A DNA stretch of 64,000 nucleotides, taken from positions 3,744,001-3,808,000 of the forward strand of contig OZ251518.1 in the NCBI GenBank assembly GCA_965242965.1. Reading direction: 5' to 3'. The stretch comes from Candidatus Poribacteria bacterium (GTDB taxonomy: Bacteria; Poribacteria; WGA-4E; WGA-3G). The notes beneath the pieces were generated by a model. The model saw only the letters and a program-made list of their open reading frames with translations, ran no database searches and was not told the origin of the DNA. This document shows, piece after piece, positions 20,299 through 31,600 of the stretch. The number at the start of each line of letters is the position of its first letter. Within the stretch, counting starts at the first letter, position 1. A program made the position numbers and the translations under genes.

Positions 20299-21120
20299 CT
20301 ACCGGCCGTGGATTGCCTGCAGATTGAGCCGCGCGGCGACATCGTCAGAGACAGCGTTCGTCCAATCGACATCCGCAACGCTTTGCAGGCTCATCAGCGC
20401 GACATCTACCAACGGGTTCGATAGGGAATAGTTCAACAGGAAACTATCCACGTCAACGGCTGCCATCTCGGTGGGAAAGCAGTGGCGCGTGAGATTTTGG
20501 AAGGCGTTGCTCGTTGTGGAACGCATCAGCACGATGCCCATTTCCTGCGCTTCGGCATCGGGGATAACGCCGCGCTTTCCGAACGCATCGCAGGTGCTTT
20601 GATACATCAGGTTGTAGTGGATTTGCATCATATCCAATTCGCCGGTGGCGATGAGTTGCTCCACACCACCCGAAGGCCCATCTGCAGAGAACCCAATAAA
20701 GCGAACCTTCCCTTCTTTTTTCAACTTCAGATACGCCGCTAATCCGCCGCCGTTCAAAATATGTTCGGTGTGTTCGGCATAGAACCATCCGCCGTGGAAT
20801 TGCAGGACATCGATGTAGTCGGTGCCGAGGCGTTGGAGGCTCCCTTCCACGTCGGCGGCGATGCCATTCGGCTCAAACGCCTCTGTCTTGGTAGCGACGA
20901 TGCATGCATCACGCCTGCCCGCAATCGCCTTGCCGATGACAATTTCGCTGTAACCGCCACCGTAGGTAGGCGCGGTGTCGAGATAGTTGATGCCGATGTC
21001 AAAGGCATAGTGGAGCATCTTAACGAGTTGCGTCTCATCGTGCTCGGGACGGACTCTGCCGCCGCCGTATCCAATTTCTGAGACGTTGATGCCTGTCTTG
21101 CCGAGGGTGCGGTATTGCAT
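20299..21120 (-). CDS. Aldo/keto reductase
   Basis: MQYRTLGKTG, DTAPTYG, SLQRLGTDYIDVLQFH, GKVRFIGFS; AGGAGG upstream of ATG 21120. Confidence 0.9.
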   Translation of the reverse strand: MQYRTLGKTGINVSEIGYGGGRVRPEHDETQLVKMLHYAFDIGINYLDTAPTYGGGYSEIVIGKAIAGRRDACIVATKTEAFEPNGIAADVEGSLQRLGTDYIDVLQFHGGWFYAEHTEHILNGGGLAAYLKLKKEGKVRFIGFSADGPSGGVEQLIATGELDMMQIHYNLMYQSTCDAFGKRGVIPDAEAQEMGIVLMRSTTSNAFQNLTRHCFPTEMAAVDVDSFLLNYSLSNPLVDVALMSLQSVADVDWTNAVSDDVAARLNLQAIHGR

Positions 21121-21181
21121 CAGTAATCCTCCTATAGACGAGAGAGATGATATAGGCGCGGTTTGCAACCGCGCCTACTCC

Positions 21182-24100
21182 CTAAACGTAATCCATCTGC
21201 GAAGAAGCGCGGCTCTTATTTTGGCGGATAGTGCGGTTGCTCGGCTTGACACAATTCGCGCCGAATAACGCTTCCACCTTCTTAATAACCGGCGGTTCAT
21301 AATCGATGCCGTAGTCGGCACCGCACTGCACGATGACTTTGCCGAACTTCCGGCTCAGGAGGTGGAGAATCAGGCAATGCTCACCCTTGCTGTCTCGCGC
21401 AATCTTCTGGAGATTTTCCAATTTCTGGACGTTGTCAATGTCGGCTTCGGGGATAATTACCTCAACTGCCGAGGTCTGCTCGGCGATGACAGTTTTAATG
21501 TCGGAGAGCTGCTCGGCGAGGATTTGCCGTTCTTCCTGCGCCTCATTGTCACCGGAGCGGCCACCGTTTCGTCTGTTTTGCCCGACTGTGCCACGGAGCC
21601 ACACCACGTTCCCTTCTGCTAAAAGGTCAGATGCGGATTTATATGCATCCGGAAAAACGACGACTTCTACTGCCCCCTCGAGGTCTTCAAAACCGAGGGC
21701 TGCCATCGAATCCCCCTTTTTCGTGGTGAGGAGTTTCACCTCCGTTATCATCCCGGCGATGTAGATTTCGCTGCCGAGTGGATGTTCAACGAGGTTCTCC
21801 GTAGTCGCGTTGGTGAAGTTGTCGATAACGTCACTGTATTCTTCCAACGGGTGGCCAGAGACGTAAAAGCCGAGCTGCTCTTTCTCCTTCATGAGGCGTT
21901 CAAGCGGCTTCCATTCTTCGGTATCCGTGAAGGTGAAGGTGATGGCGGGTTTCTCCTCGATGTCGCCGAAGATACTCATTTGTCCGCGTTCTCGTTCTGC
22001 CTGAGCCGTCTGCGCTGCCTTCATGGCGCGTTCTACGTTTTCAAAGAGTTGCGCTCGGTGTCCTTCAAGCAGATCGAAGGCACCACTCATAATGAGGCTT
22101 TCAATGGCGCGCTTGTTTACCAATTTGGTATTGACGCGTTCGCAGAAATCCTGTAGGGATGTGAACGAACCTTCCTTCTCCCGGACTGCCACAAGTTCGT
22201 CTATCGCCGCGTCCCCGACACTCTTGATAGCGAGGAGTCCGAAAAGGATGTCATTGCCATCCACCGTGAAATCTTTCCGGCTGCTGTTGATGTCCGGCGG
22301 CAGTAGATTGATTTCAACATCGAGAAAATCGGCGAGTCTGGCGCATTCGGCGCGGTATCGCGTCATTTTCGGCGTGCTGCTTGCCTCCCCTGTCATCATG
22401 GCTGCCATGAATTCGTGCGGGTAGTGCGTCTTGAGGTACGCCATGCGGTAAGCCAACATAGCGTATGCAACCGAGTGCGATTTGTTGAAGGCGTAGCCGG
22501 CGAAGGGTTCAAGGAGATCGAACACCTCTTCTGCTTCCTTCCTCGCGATGCCGTTTTCTGTCGCGCCTTCCACAAATTTATCGCGCTGTGCGGCAAGCAG
22601 TTCCTCGTTCTTTTTCCCCATCGCCGAACGGAGGATGTCCGCCTCACCGAGTGTGAACCCCGCCATATCGCGCGCAATCTGCATTACCTGCTCCTGATAC
22701 ACACAGACACCATAGGTGTTCTGGAGCGCGTTCTCCAGCGATGGATGCATGTAAGTCACGGGTTCCAAGCCGTTCTTCCTATTGATGAACTGCTGCATCG
22801 TGCCGCTTTCAAGCGGACCGGGGCGGTAAAGTGCCGGAATCGCCGTGAACTCCTCAAACGTATCGGGTTTCAACTGCGTGACAACGCTATACATGCCCGG
22901 TGAATTTTCCAATTGGAATAAACCAGCAATCAACCCGCTGCTGATGAGCGAGTAAGTCGGTTTATCGTCAAACGGGATTTCTTCCAATTTGATGTCTTCG
23001 CCATGATTCTCGCGGATGAGGTTAAGACAGTCGTAAGTCTCGGTAAGGCTCCGCACGCCGAGGGAATCGAACTTGACGATGCCGACATCCTCAACCGTTT
23101 TGCCTTCAAACTGCGTGGCGACTTGCCCATGTTTATCCTTGAAGAGTGGCACGTGGTCTGCAAGGCGGCCGTTTGAAACGACAATAGCAGAGGCGTGGCA
23201 CGACACATGCCGTTTCATGCCTTCAACAGATCTGCTGAGTTCGATCAGCTCCCGATTTTCAGGTTTGTTGGCGAGTGTCTGGAATTCAGGAACCTGTTCC
23301 AACACATCGTCCAGCGTGATTTTGGGAATCTCCGGGATCAGCCGCGTCAGTTTTTTCACCTCGCTCATGTCCATCTCTAACGCGCGGCCGACATCCTGAA
23401 TCGCTGATCTCACGCCGAGCGTCGCAAACGTCGCAACCTTTCCGACAGAGTCTTCGCCATATTTTTGGACGAGATACTTGATGACATGCTCCCGCGCCCG
23501 GTCGGCGAAGTCGATATCAATGTCGGGTGGACTGATGCGTTCGAGGTTGAGGAACCGCTCGAACAGGCAGTCGTAATCCATCGGGTTAAAGGTGATTACG
23601 CCGAGGGCATACAGCACGAGACTGCCGGCGGCGGAGCCGCGCGCCGAGAGCGGGTATCCCTGTTGGTTTGCGTAGTTGACGTAATCCCACACGATGAGGA
23701 AATAGCCGGAATAGCCGGTCTGCTTGATAATATCCAGTTCGTAGTCTAGCCGATTGCGTATCTCTTCGGAGAGGTGTCCGCCATATTTTTTTCGGAGCCC
23801 TTCATAGCAGAGTTCCTTGAGATAGGTGTCGTTTGTATGTCCTTCCGGTACCTCATACGTCGGCATCAGGCTTTGCCCGTAGTCAAGTTTGAGGTTGCAC
23901 CGATTCGCGATTTCCAGCGTGTTGCTGATAGCCTCCGGTGGGAAATCCTTCAGCACCTCGCGCATCTCGTCAATGTTTTTGAAGTAGAAGTGGTTGTCAA
24001 ACTGCAGCCGTCCCTCGTCGTTGACGGTTTTCTTAGTCTGGATGCAGAGGAGGACATCGTGCATACGATGGTCTGTTTTCCGGAGGTAGTGGCAGTCATT

Positions 24101-24712
24101 CGTGCCGACAAGCGGCAGATTGTATTCCTGCGCCAACTGCACCATTACCGGGTAGGCGGCTTTTTCCTTGTCAATGTAGTGGTTTTGCACCTCAACGTAG
24201 AGGTTGCGTTCACCCATAATCTCCTTCAATTCCCGGAAGTTCTTAACCGCTTCGTCACGCTTGTTTGAAGAGAGGAGTTGCGGCACCTGTCCTTGGATGC
24301 ATCCGGTGAACGCGATGATGCCGCCGTGGTATTCCCGCAAGATTTCCATGTCGATACGCGGTTTGCTGTAGAACCCTTCGGTGTATCCGAGCGACACCAA
24401 CTGGAGGAGGTTCTGATAGCCGGTTGCGTCCTCGGCGAGCAGCGTCAAATGATAGGGCCCGCCTTGGCCTTTCCCGCGTATTGTTCTGTTTCCGGGTGCG
24501 ACATACACTTCGCATCCGACGATGGGATTGACACCGGCAGCTGTCGCTTTCGTGTAAAGTTCCCATGCGCCGAACATGTTACCGTGGTCGGTCAGTGCGA
24601 CAGCGGGCGCGCTGTTCTCCACCGCCCACTGCACCATATCCGAGATGCGGCACGCGCCGTCTAGCATGCTATATTCGCTATGATTATGTAAATGGACAAA
24701 TTCTGAAGACAT
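21182..24712 (-). CDS. dnaE: DNA polymerase III alpha subunit
   Basis: PHP motif HLHNHSEYS, RGSAAGS, FERFLN, PDIDIDF, YAFNKSH; no intein-sized insert. Confidence 0.98.
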   Translation of the reverse strand: MSSEFVHLHNHSEYSMLDGACRISDMVQWAVENSAPAVALTDHGNMFGAWELYTKATAAGVNPIVGCEVYVAPGNRTIRGKGQGGPYHLTLLAEDATGYQNLLQLVSLGYTEGFYSKPRIDMEILREYHGGIIAFTGCIQGQVPQLLSSNKRDEAVKNFRELKEIMGERNLYVEVQNHYIDKEKAAYPVMVQLAQEYNLPLVGTNDCHYLRKTDHRMHDVLLCIQTKKTVNDEGRLQFDNHFYFKNIDEMREVLKDFPPEAISNTLEIANRCNLKLDYGQSLMPTYEVPEGHTNDTYLKELCYEGLRKKYGGHLSEEIRNRLDYELDIIKQTGYSGYFLIVWDYVNYANQQGYPLSARGSAAGSLVLYALGVITFNPMDYDCLFERFLNLERISPPDIDIDFADRAREHVIKYLVQKYGEDSVGKVATFATLGVRSAIQDVGRALEMDMSEVKKLTRLIPEIPKITLDDVLEQVPEFQTLANKPENRELIELSRSVEGMKRHVSCHASAIVVSNGRLADHVPLFKDKHGQVATQFEGKTVEDVGIVKFDSLGVRSLTETYDCLNLIRENHGEDIKLEEIPFDDKPTYSLISSGLIAGLFQLENSPGMYSVVTQLKPDTFEEFTAIPALYRPGPLESGTMQQFINRKNGLEPVTYMHPSLENALQNTYGVCVYQEQVMQIARDMAGFTLGEADILRSAMGKKNEELLAAQRDKFVEGATENGIARKEAEEVFDLLEPFAGYAFNKSHSVAYAMLAYRMAYLKTHYPHEFMAAMMTGEASSTPKMTRYRAECARLADFLDVEINLLPPDINSSRKDFTVDGNDILFGLLAIKSVGDAAIDELVAVREKEGSFTSLQDFCERVNTKLVNKRAIESLIMSGAFDLLEGHRAQLFENVERAMKAAQTAQAERERGQMSIFGDIEEKPAITFTFTDTEEWKPLERLMKEKEQLGFYVSGHPLEEYSDVIDNFTNATTENLVEHPLGSEIYIAGMITEVKLLTTKKGDSMAALGFEDLEGAVEVVVFPDAYKSASDLLAEGNVVWLRGTVGQNRRNGGRSGDNEAQEERQILAEQLSDIKTVIAEQTSAVEVIIPEADIDNVQKLENLQKIARDSKGEHCLILHLLSRKFGKVIVQCGADYGIDYEPPVIKKVEALFGANCVKPSNRTIRQNKSRASSQMDYV

Positions 24713-24975
24713 TTTGTTGTTCCTAGCGGTTGTTCAGCTCCTTCTGTGCTGATATGATGGATTGACTTACCAGACTGCATCGCCGTTGGGCGCGGCTTGC
24801 CTCTCATCACGTGAGGTGAGGGACAAGTCCTCGCGCGCCGTTAGCAGAGACATTATGCCTGTTGTGAGATGTTTGCACGTTTCATGTTATGATAGCAAAA
24901 ATCGGATAAAATTTCCATAACATTTTTGTTTTCGATAAGGTTCGCGAGGGACAAGATTGCGCGCTGCGTCTCAGG

Positions 24976-25570
24976 ATGTTCCCCTTCACTGTAGTGCGAG
25001 GGCCTGTCCCTCGCCATGCTTCGGGTTACCCAACGATCGCGGGGGCCTGTCCCCCGCGCTACGGTATCGGGCGTGTTTCTTGGCAGCAGCCCGGCCCCCT
25101 TCATCGTAGTGCGAGGGCCTGTCCCTCGCCATGCTTCGGGTTACCCAACGATCGCGGGGGCCTGTCCCCCGCGCTACGGTATCGGGCGTGTTTCTTGGCA
25201 GCAGCCCGGCCCCTTCCCCGTAGTGCGAGGGCCTGTCCCTCGCCATGCTGCGGTCTACCGGAAGTTCGCGGGGGAAACCCGCTCGGATGCGCGTGTGGCA
25301 TCCGAGGGCCCCCGCGCTACGGTACTGGGCGGGTTTCTTCACGATCGCGGGGGACAGGCCCCCGCGCTACGGTATCGGGCGGGTTTCTTGGCAGCAGCAC
25401 GGCCCCCTTCCTCGTAGGGCGAGGGCCTGTCCCTCGCCATGCTGCGATCTACCGGAAGTTCGCAGGGGACAGGCTCTTTTAGGTTCGTAGGACTTTAATA
25501 ATGTTTATAGTGTAGCATCGAGACTAGGAGGTCTTTCCTACCGGGAAGGCATTGATATATGAAACCCCTC
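24976..25570. repeat. Tandem ~115-bp REP-pair units (BIME-like) ending in a right TIR
   Basis: Units start at about 24991, 25107, 25220 and 25414; the first two are nearly identical; ends TATGAAACCCCTC. Confidence 0.85.
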
Positions 25571-25580
25571 GTTTTTTAAC

Positions 25581-25609
25581 TTGACACATCGCGTCAGACT
25601 TGCTATAAT
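25581..25609 (+). promoter_or_regulatory. Consensus sigma70 promoter for the MFS gene
   Basis: TTGACA, 17 bp spacer, TGc-TATAAT. Confidence 0.75.
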
Positions 25610-25683
25610 AATTACATCATTTACTGACGCTTTGCACCACTCCGAAAAAACACAAAAAAAACACTTCGTGCCACGACAACATA

Positions 25684-26916
25684 ATGGAAAAACCGAGACT
25701 GCTGCTGTTATTTTTAACCCTATTTTTTGTGATGCTTGGGTTTGGCATCATCATTCCCAACCTCGCCTATTACGCCGAAGATATCGGGGCAACGCCCACC
25801 GAAATCGCCGTATTGATGTCCATCTATTCCGGGATGCAACTGCTGTTTGCGCCGCTGTGGGGCAGATTATCCGACAAGCACGGCCGCAAGCCTGCGATTC
25901 TGCTCGGTTTGCTCGGTAACGCTGTCGCGTTAGTTGGCTTCGGACTGGCGAAAAGTTACGTCTGGCTCTTCATTGCGCGGAGTGCAGCCGGTGTCGCGTC
26001 AGCGGCGGTGCTACCGACTGTAATGGCTTATGTCGCCGATGTGACGACAGAAGAAGAGCGCGGCAGCGGCATGGGCTTAATGGGCGCGGCGATGGGGCTC
26101 GGCTTCATCCTAGGTCCCGCGCTTGGCGGTATCATGGGCCGGCACGATGTGCCTTTCTTTGTCGCCGGTGGTTTATCGCTGCTGACGTTTCTCTTTGCGA
26201 TGTTCCTGTTACCGGAGTCCCTCCCTCTCAATAAGCGCGGTTTCAAACCGCACTTACCGGGGCCGGAGGCGCATGACGAATCCGGTCAAGGGAGCGCGAG
26301 GGACAGACTCTCGCACTACGGTTACAAGGAATTCTGGACAGGCCTGAAATCGCCGCTCAATTCGCTGTTTCTCGTCGCGTTTTTTACTACCTTCAGTTTC
26401 GCGGGCTTAGAAGCGACGTTCCCACTTTTCATTGAAAAAGGGTGGAACTACGGACAAAGAGAGATGGGGTGGATGTTCGCGATCATCGGCGTGATTGTCG
26501 TCCCGTTGCAAGGCGGTTTACTCGGACGGTTGATTAACAGGTTCGGCGAACGACGGCTTATCCTTATCGGGATGGTGCTGAATGCGGTAGGGATGGCACT
26601 TTTGTCCGGTCCTTCTTGGTTCGCGCCAACGTCGTTCCTGATGCTCACAAGTTATCTGACGCTCGCCGGCATCGGCAATCAACTCATCCGTCCGACGAAT
26701 ACGTCGTGGATTTCTAAACAGACGCATATTGGGCAAGGCACGGCTATCGGCATCATGGACGCGTTTTTAAGCCTGGGGCGTATCCTTGGCCCGCTTCTCG
26801 GCGGTTGGCTTTATGAGCAGGATGCGTATCCTTATCCTGTGTTGGCTGGCATTTTGCTGGTTGCGACGGTTTGTCTGTATGTCCCGTTGCGGCGCATTCG
26901 TCTCTTTCAGGATTAA
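25684..26916 (+). CDS. MFS transporter (DHA1/TetA-like)
   Basis: Motif A GRLSDKHGRKP, motif C GFILGPALGG, about 12 hydrophobic segments. Confidence 0.92.
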   Translation: MEKPRLLLLFLTLFFVMLGFGIIIPNLAYYAEDIGATPTEIAVLMSIYSGMQLLFAPLWGRLSDKHGRKPAILLGLLGNAVALVGFGLAKSYVWLFIARSAAGVASAAVLPTVMAYVADVTTEEERGSGMGLMGAAMGLGFILGPALGGIMGRHDVPFFVAGGLSLLTFLFAMFLLPESLPLNKRGFKPHLPGPEAHDESGQGSARDRLSHYGYKEFWTGLKSPLNSLFLVAFFTTFSFAGLEATFPLFIEKGWNYGQREMGWMFAIIGVIVVPLQGGLLGRLINRFGERRLILIGMVLNAVGMALLSGPSWFAPTSFLMLTSYLTLAGIGNQLIRPTNTSWISKQTHIGQGTAIGIMDAFLSLGRILGPLLGGWLYEQDAYPYPVLAGILLVATVCLYVPLRRIRLFQD

Positions 26917-26921
26917 TACCA

Positions 26922-27272
26922 AATTAGGAGCAGGATTATCACGATTAGGAGCAGGATTATCACGATTAGGAGCAGGATTTCCACGATTAGGAGCAGGATT
27001 TCCACGATTTCCATGATTTCACAGGATTAGGTTTCTGACGCGCCGGCACCGTTTTGGCATGCCACGAGGTATTCGACCTATCATCTTGCGAAATCTTGTG
27101 AATCTTGTAAATCCTGCTCCGGATTTGCACGATTAGGAGCAGGATTATCACGATTTCCAGGATTTACCAGGATTAGGTCTCTGGTGCGCCGGACACCGTT
27201 TTGGCACACCACGGCGTATTCGATCCATCAGACTTGGGGCATCTTTAGGTCTGTAGGACCTTAATGTCTATA
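26922..27272. repeat. Second repeat family: 21-bp tandem units and 9-bp subunits in inverted arrangement
   Basis: About four copies of ATTAGGAGCAGGATT(A/T)TC(A/C)CG-like units, then a GGCACCGTTTTGGCA core, inverted AATCTTGTAAATCCTGCTCC, and a second partial copy. Confidence 0.8.
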
Positions 27273-27280
27273 GAATGTGC

Positions 27281-27538
27281 TTAATAGATGCTACTCCGAT
27301 GCCCGATTTGGTAAACGGTCAGGTTTCGGGTGCGCCGGTCAAAGGAATAGAGCACGCGATAATGATGGGCGACCTTTAAACGGAACTTCCCAGAATGTTC
27401 ACCCTTCAGTGCATGGTGCCGACGTTCGTCGCACTCTCTACACAAATCTTCCAGTTTCTGGAGAGCCCGTCTTCGGATCGGAGCACTTAAACGCTGCAAA
27501 CCGGTTCTGGCCCGCGGTTCAAGAGTTAGCGTGTACAT
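27281..27538 (-). CDS. RelE/ParE-family toxin
   Basis: 85 aa, basic; ALKGEHSGKFRLKVAHHYRVLY...IGHRSSIY. Confidence 0.85.
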   Translation of the reverse strand: MYTLTLEPRARTGLQRLSAPIRRRALQKLEDLCRECDERRHHALKGEHSGKFRLKVAHHYRVLYSFDRRTRNLTVYQIGHRSSIY

Positions 27539-28286
27539 CTAACTCTACCCCAAATTCTTTCGCGAGTTCTGCAAGTGAGATTAGTTCCGCTGTGCCTGCT
27601 TCAACCGCCGCGATATCGCTATCAATCTCCTCCAAGAGATCCTGCCTCACCTCTAGTCCATCGTCCGAATCGTAATCATAAACCTCTAGGAATTGCTCCA
27701 TCTCCAAGTAGGAGACGAAGAATTCAAGGAACGCATATCGTAAACAGTTTTGCGCAGAAGTTTCTGGAAACCGAGCTGCCTCCTGCAGTGAAAACTGACC
27801 CGGGTTTACGGTGTCCGATGTTGTTGTGAGCAGTTTGGTAATCTGCATCCCCAGGTCAAAAATCGGCCAGTTGGCGAGTATCTCCAGCAGCGCGCGGAAA
27901 TCAGCGTCTGCTAATTCTGTCACCTTTATGTTCGGTGGCGGTTCGCCGAGAACGCCGAGTCCCATCCGTTTCGCGACGCGTCCCTCCTGCGATGTCTGCC
28001 GCTGCGCCTCAACGACTTTCACTCGGTGTTTTAGAAACGCCGCATCGTTATCACACGTCCCAAGAAGCGCGAGAAGAGAAACTTCCGCTTCTTCCAGATC
28101 GAAAGCAATCCCGAGGTATTCTTCAAAAAACTCACGGAATTCTTCTTCCAGTGCCACCCTGTCGGCATCCTCGGCGAGCAATACAACCAGCCGGTCGCGG
28201 GCAGTAAAAAGCGAGTCCTTCACAACCGAACCTACCCACTCGCGGAATTGCTTGGGGGTTAGCGTTGTAACATCTTTGACTATCAT
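27519..28286 (-). CDS. Putative antitoxin, unusually long and acidic (255 aa)
   Basis: Overlaps the toxin start; C-terminal DSDDGLEVR...ISLAELAKEFG; start ATG 28286 with AGGAG. The longer track ORF extends into REP repeats. Confidence 0.6.
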   Translation of the reverse strand: MIVKDVTTLTPKQFREWVGSVVKDSLFTARDRLVVLLAEDADRVALEEEFREFFEEYLGIAFDLEEAEVSLLALLGTCDNDAAFLKHRVKVVEAQRQTSQEGRVAKRMGLGVLGEPPPNIKVTELADADFRALLEILANWPIFDLGMQITKLLTTTSDTVNPGQFSLQEAARFPETSAQNCLRYAFLEFFVSYLEMEQFLEVYDYDSDDGLEVRQDLLEEIDSDIAAVEAGTAELISLAELAKEFGVELDVHANS

Positions 28287-28317
28287 TAGAAACTCCTTTT
28301 CTCTTTCAAAACACAGT

Positions 28318-28656
28318 CTCGATTTCTTCCCGTAGGAGAGACCTCCTGGTCTCGATTCCCCGCGGTAAGAGAGACCTCCTGGTCTTGATGCAATAGGGCG
28401 GCGCGCCTTCCCGGGCCGCGGCGGCAGAAACCCCCCCTTCATCGTAGGACGGTGGGAAAACCTGTCCCTCGCCAGCGTAGGTCAGGATCGCCTGATCCTG
28501 ACCTGTTTGTGATCAGGCGATCACAAACTACAGAATGGGAAACGCACATCGGAACGATGGCGATCGCGGGGGACAGGCCCCCGCGCTACGGGATGCATCG
28601 AGACCAGGAGGTCTCTCCTACGGGGATGTATCGGGACAAGGATGTCCCTCCTACCG
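28318..28656. repeat. GTAG-REP hairpin cluster
   Basis: GTAGGAGAGACC..., GTAGGTCAGGATCGCCTGATCCTGACC and CGCGGGGGACAGGCCCCCGCGCTAC modules. Confidence 0.8.
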
Positions 28657-28663
28657 AAGAAAG

Positions 28664-31600
28664 TTAATCGTCAAATTCAGTCAACGGTGGCAACCGATGC
28701 GTCACTCGGCGCGTATTGTATTCAAGCCGATACCGCCGATGCGCCGCATCATCTGGATAATGCTCCGTATCGGGATAAGGGTAGGCGGACATCCCGTGAA
28801 ACGGCAACGGTTCAACTGTCTGCGAGGTAAGTGTGTTGATATCGCCGTCTTTGTCCCATCCGTCGCTATAGAGGATGAAGTCGCGCACCCATCCCGGCTT
28901 TAATTTCTGCAGGCGCGCCGCGTCAAATTCCACCGTGATTTCGTCACCGGCGTTGAGGATGACATACATATCGTCTACCGCCTGCAGCAACGGGTTCACA
29001 TCGCCGTAGCGAGTGTAGTGTCCCGCGAGATCTCGCCATTGCGCCGCTGGCGTCACCTTTTCGTAATCAAACAGATGCGGCGCGTGCGGTGTCGGACGAT
29101 ACATCTCCGAAAAACCACGATAGTGCAAGTCCGCGCTATCCGGTGTCAACTCCGTTATCTCCATCGGCACATCTTGCTCGCCGACGGTGAAAAATGCCGC
29201 GTCCCAATAAATCTGCAAATCGGTGTCAATCCGAACCTGTCTGTCGTCGGACAGGAACTTGCCAGTCATATCTACGGTAATCGTCTTGTTTTTGCCCGCG
29301 GGCAGGCCAATCATCTCAATAACCGTTTCCCATTCGCCTGCCTCGTTTTTCACTGAAACCGAAGGGAACTTCGGGCTGATTGCCGGATTTTGATAGAGCG
29401 CGACGTTGATGCTGGTATCTGTCGGGAAGATCCAGCCGCTGAGATAGAGCGTCACGGGCGTATCGCTGTCCGTAGCAGCCTGGGCATCGCTAGGGACAGG
29501 CCCTCTCCCTACGGGATGAGAAGTAGCACTGCCTTCTACGGCGAGATTGAGGATAATCGCGTGTGGTTCAACAACGCCTTGATGAGGCCCCGGGGCATGT
29601 TCTACGGCGTAACGGTAATCCACTGCGCGCAACGCATCCGAAACATCCTCGCCACGATGATTGAAAGCAGTGCTCGGATGCAGTTTTTCCGCAACGCCAT
29701 ACACCTTGAATTCGGCGAACGGCGGCGGTGTGTATTGCTCATTCGTGAAGATATCCGTGCCTTCCGGATGATCTACCGTGATGAGTTTCACCACGTCAAA
29801 ATAGGCAGTTTCCCACAATTCCTCCGTAATCTGAACGGAATATCTGCCCGATTTCGGTTGGATGTGAGATGCCGGAATTTTGACAAAATCTTTCGTTTCA
29901 TCGGGCGCGACGAACCCCATGGACGTAACGAGCCCCAACGGCGCACGCCACAACAAATCCGTGACAAACCGATACCGCTCACCGTCGTAGACATATAAAA
30001 ACGGACAAGAGCCCTTCAGAACCTGTTTTTCCAAGATGCGCTGTCTTGCCTTGGGCGCGATGACGTTTTGCGGCACCCCGTTTGTCCAGACTACGCGCAC
30101 CACATCAGCCGCCTCAAACGCGCCTAACCCGAAATGTGAAACCTGTTGCGAGACATACTGCACCTGATACAGGTCACCGACTTTCACCTCTAATTTTGAA
30201 CCGAGCCCATCACGATTGATTTTGTTATTGCCCGCCGTAATGCCCTCCAGTTTCACTTGAATCCAGTTGTTTTCGTTACCGCCGCGGTTTTGCAGCACGC
30301 GCAAGCTTCCCTCGTTGTCAATCACAACGAGATCCAGCGCACCATCATTATCTACATCGCCGACTGCACCCGTGATGCCAATGATATCCGGTGGTAGCAC
30401 ATCTTGCACCTCCGTGAACCTTCCCGTTCCATCGTTCCGAAGGAGTGCCATGCCGAGTTCGCCGATCATCCAGACATCAACAAACCCATCATTATCGTAG
30501 TCGAGATTGCGAACGGTAGTGACACGCGCGCCTGCTTGGAGTGGATATGGAAATCCACTGCTACGTTCTTGAACAAAATTGGCATCGCTTCCGTTAAGAT
30601 AGAGGTGATAACCCTTCTCCGCGGTCAAGAAGATATCGATGTCGCCATCGTTATCATAATCGCCAACCGTTGCGGCAGCGTAGTGTGCATCCTGAGCGAT
30701 GCCGATATCATCAGTTCGCGCGCGGAGTCTACCTTGGCGGAGGTTATCCCACAACGTGCTACCCGTTTCCTCGTGCGTCACGAAGATGTCAATGTCGCCA
30801 TCGTCATCGAAATCCGCAGCCAGTGCCGCCGTCGCGACTGAAGCATCGCGAGTGCCTGTCCCTTCCCCCACCGTGTCCTGCAGGAATGTCTGTTCCGAGA
30901 CATCCGTGAAAGTGCCATCGCCGTTATTGCGATACATTTGGAGCTCGCCGCCAGAAACCAAGTCCAAATCTCCATCGTGTTCTGCATCAATGGGCAATAA
31001 GAGAGGAACATGCCCTCGTCCTACCGTATCTGCATTGCTGAGGATTTCTGTCTGTTCAGCGAACGACGCTTCTTGCAAACGCGCCAGCACGATTCCCTCG
31101 CTAGTTGACAAGAGAAGTTCCTGCGTGCCATCCTTATCAATATCAGCGAACGCCGCCGAGTGCTCCCCCAACGCCGGAAATTGATAGGCGCGGATAAACT
31201 TTTCTCCCTCGTTCCGAAATAGCGTGCCTATCGGCGCGACATACATATCCAACTTGCCATCGCCATCATAGTCAGCAAGAGAGACAGAAGCCACCCCCGT
31301 GTCCGTAGACACTCGGAGATTGCCCAATCCGAGTTCCGATGTCACATCCACAAATTGCACCCGAATCGGTTCCGTATGTTTCGCAGTAAGCCGCGCTTTA
31401 AACCCTGGACTGAACCTTTCGATCGGATGCCCCAAAATGTCTGTCACCAACTCGCCGATGCCCTGCTGATACCGTGGTGTCGCGCGATGCAAATTTTCAA
31501 AGATGCGGAAGTTTCGCGATGCCGTTTTCACGTCACCCTGCTCAATCAGAGCCATTCCCTCTGTCAGATATTTCAGTTTCTCCGCGTCCGTATCCCATAA

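Noticed and set aside
21182-24712. Intein in dnaE
   Set aside because: The 1176-aa length is normal and I see no intein splice motifs.
24976-25460. Possible CRISPR array
   Set aside because: The would-be spacers are themselves repeated, the units are REP pairs found throughout the window, and no cas genes are present.
26922-27030. Possible CRISPR array or iteron set
   Set aside because: The 21-bp units are contiguous with no unique spacers, there is no rep gene, and the same family recurs at 51.3 kb.
28287-28442. N-terminal extensions in the ORF track (also 21121-21168 and 32267-32374)
   Set aside because: They run through REP hairpins or an upstream gene; downstream ATGs have better ribosome-binding sites.
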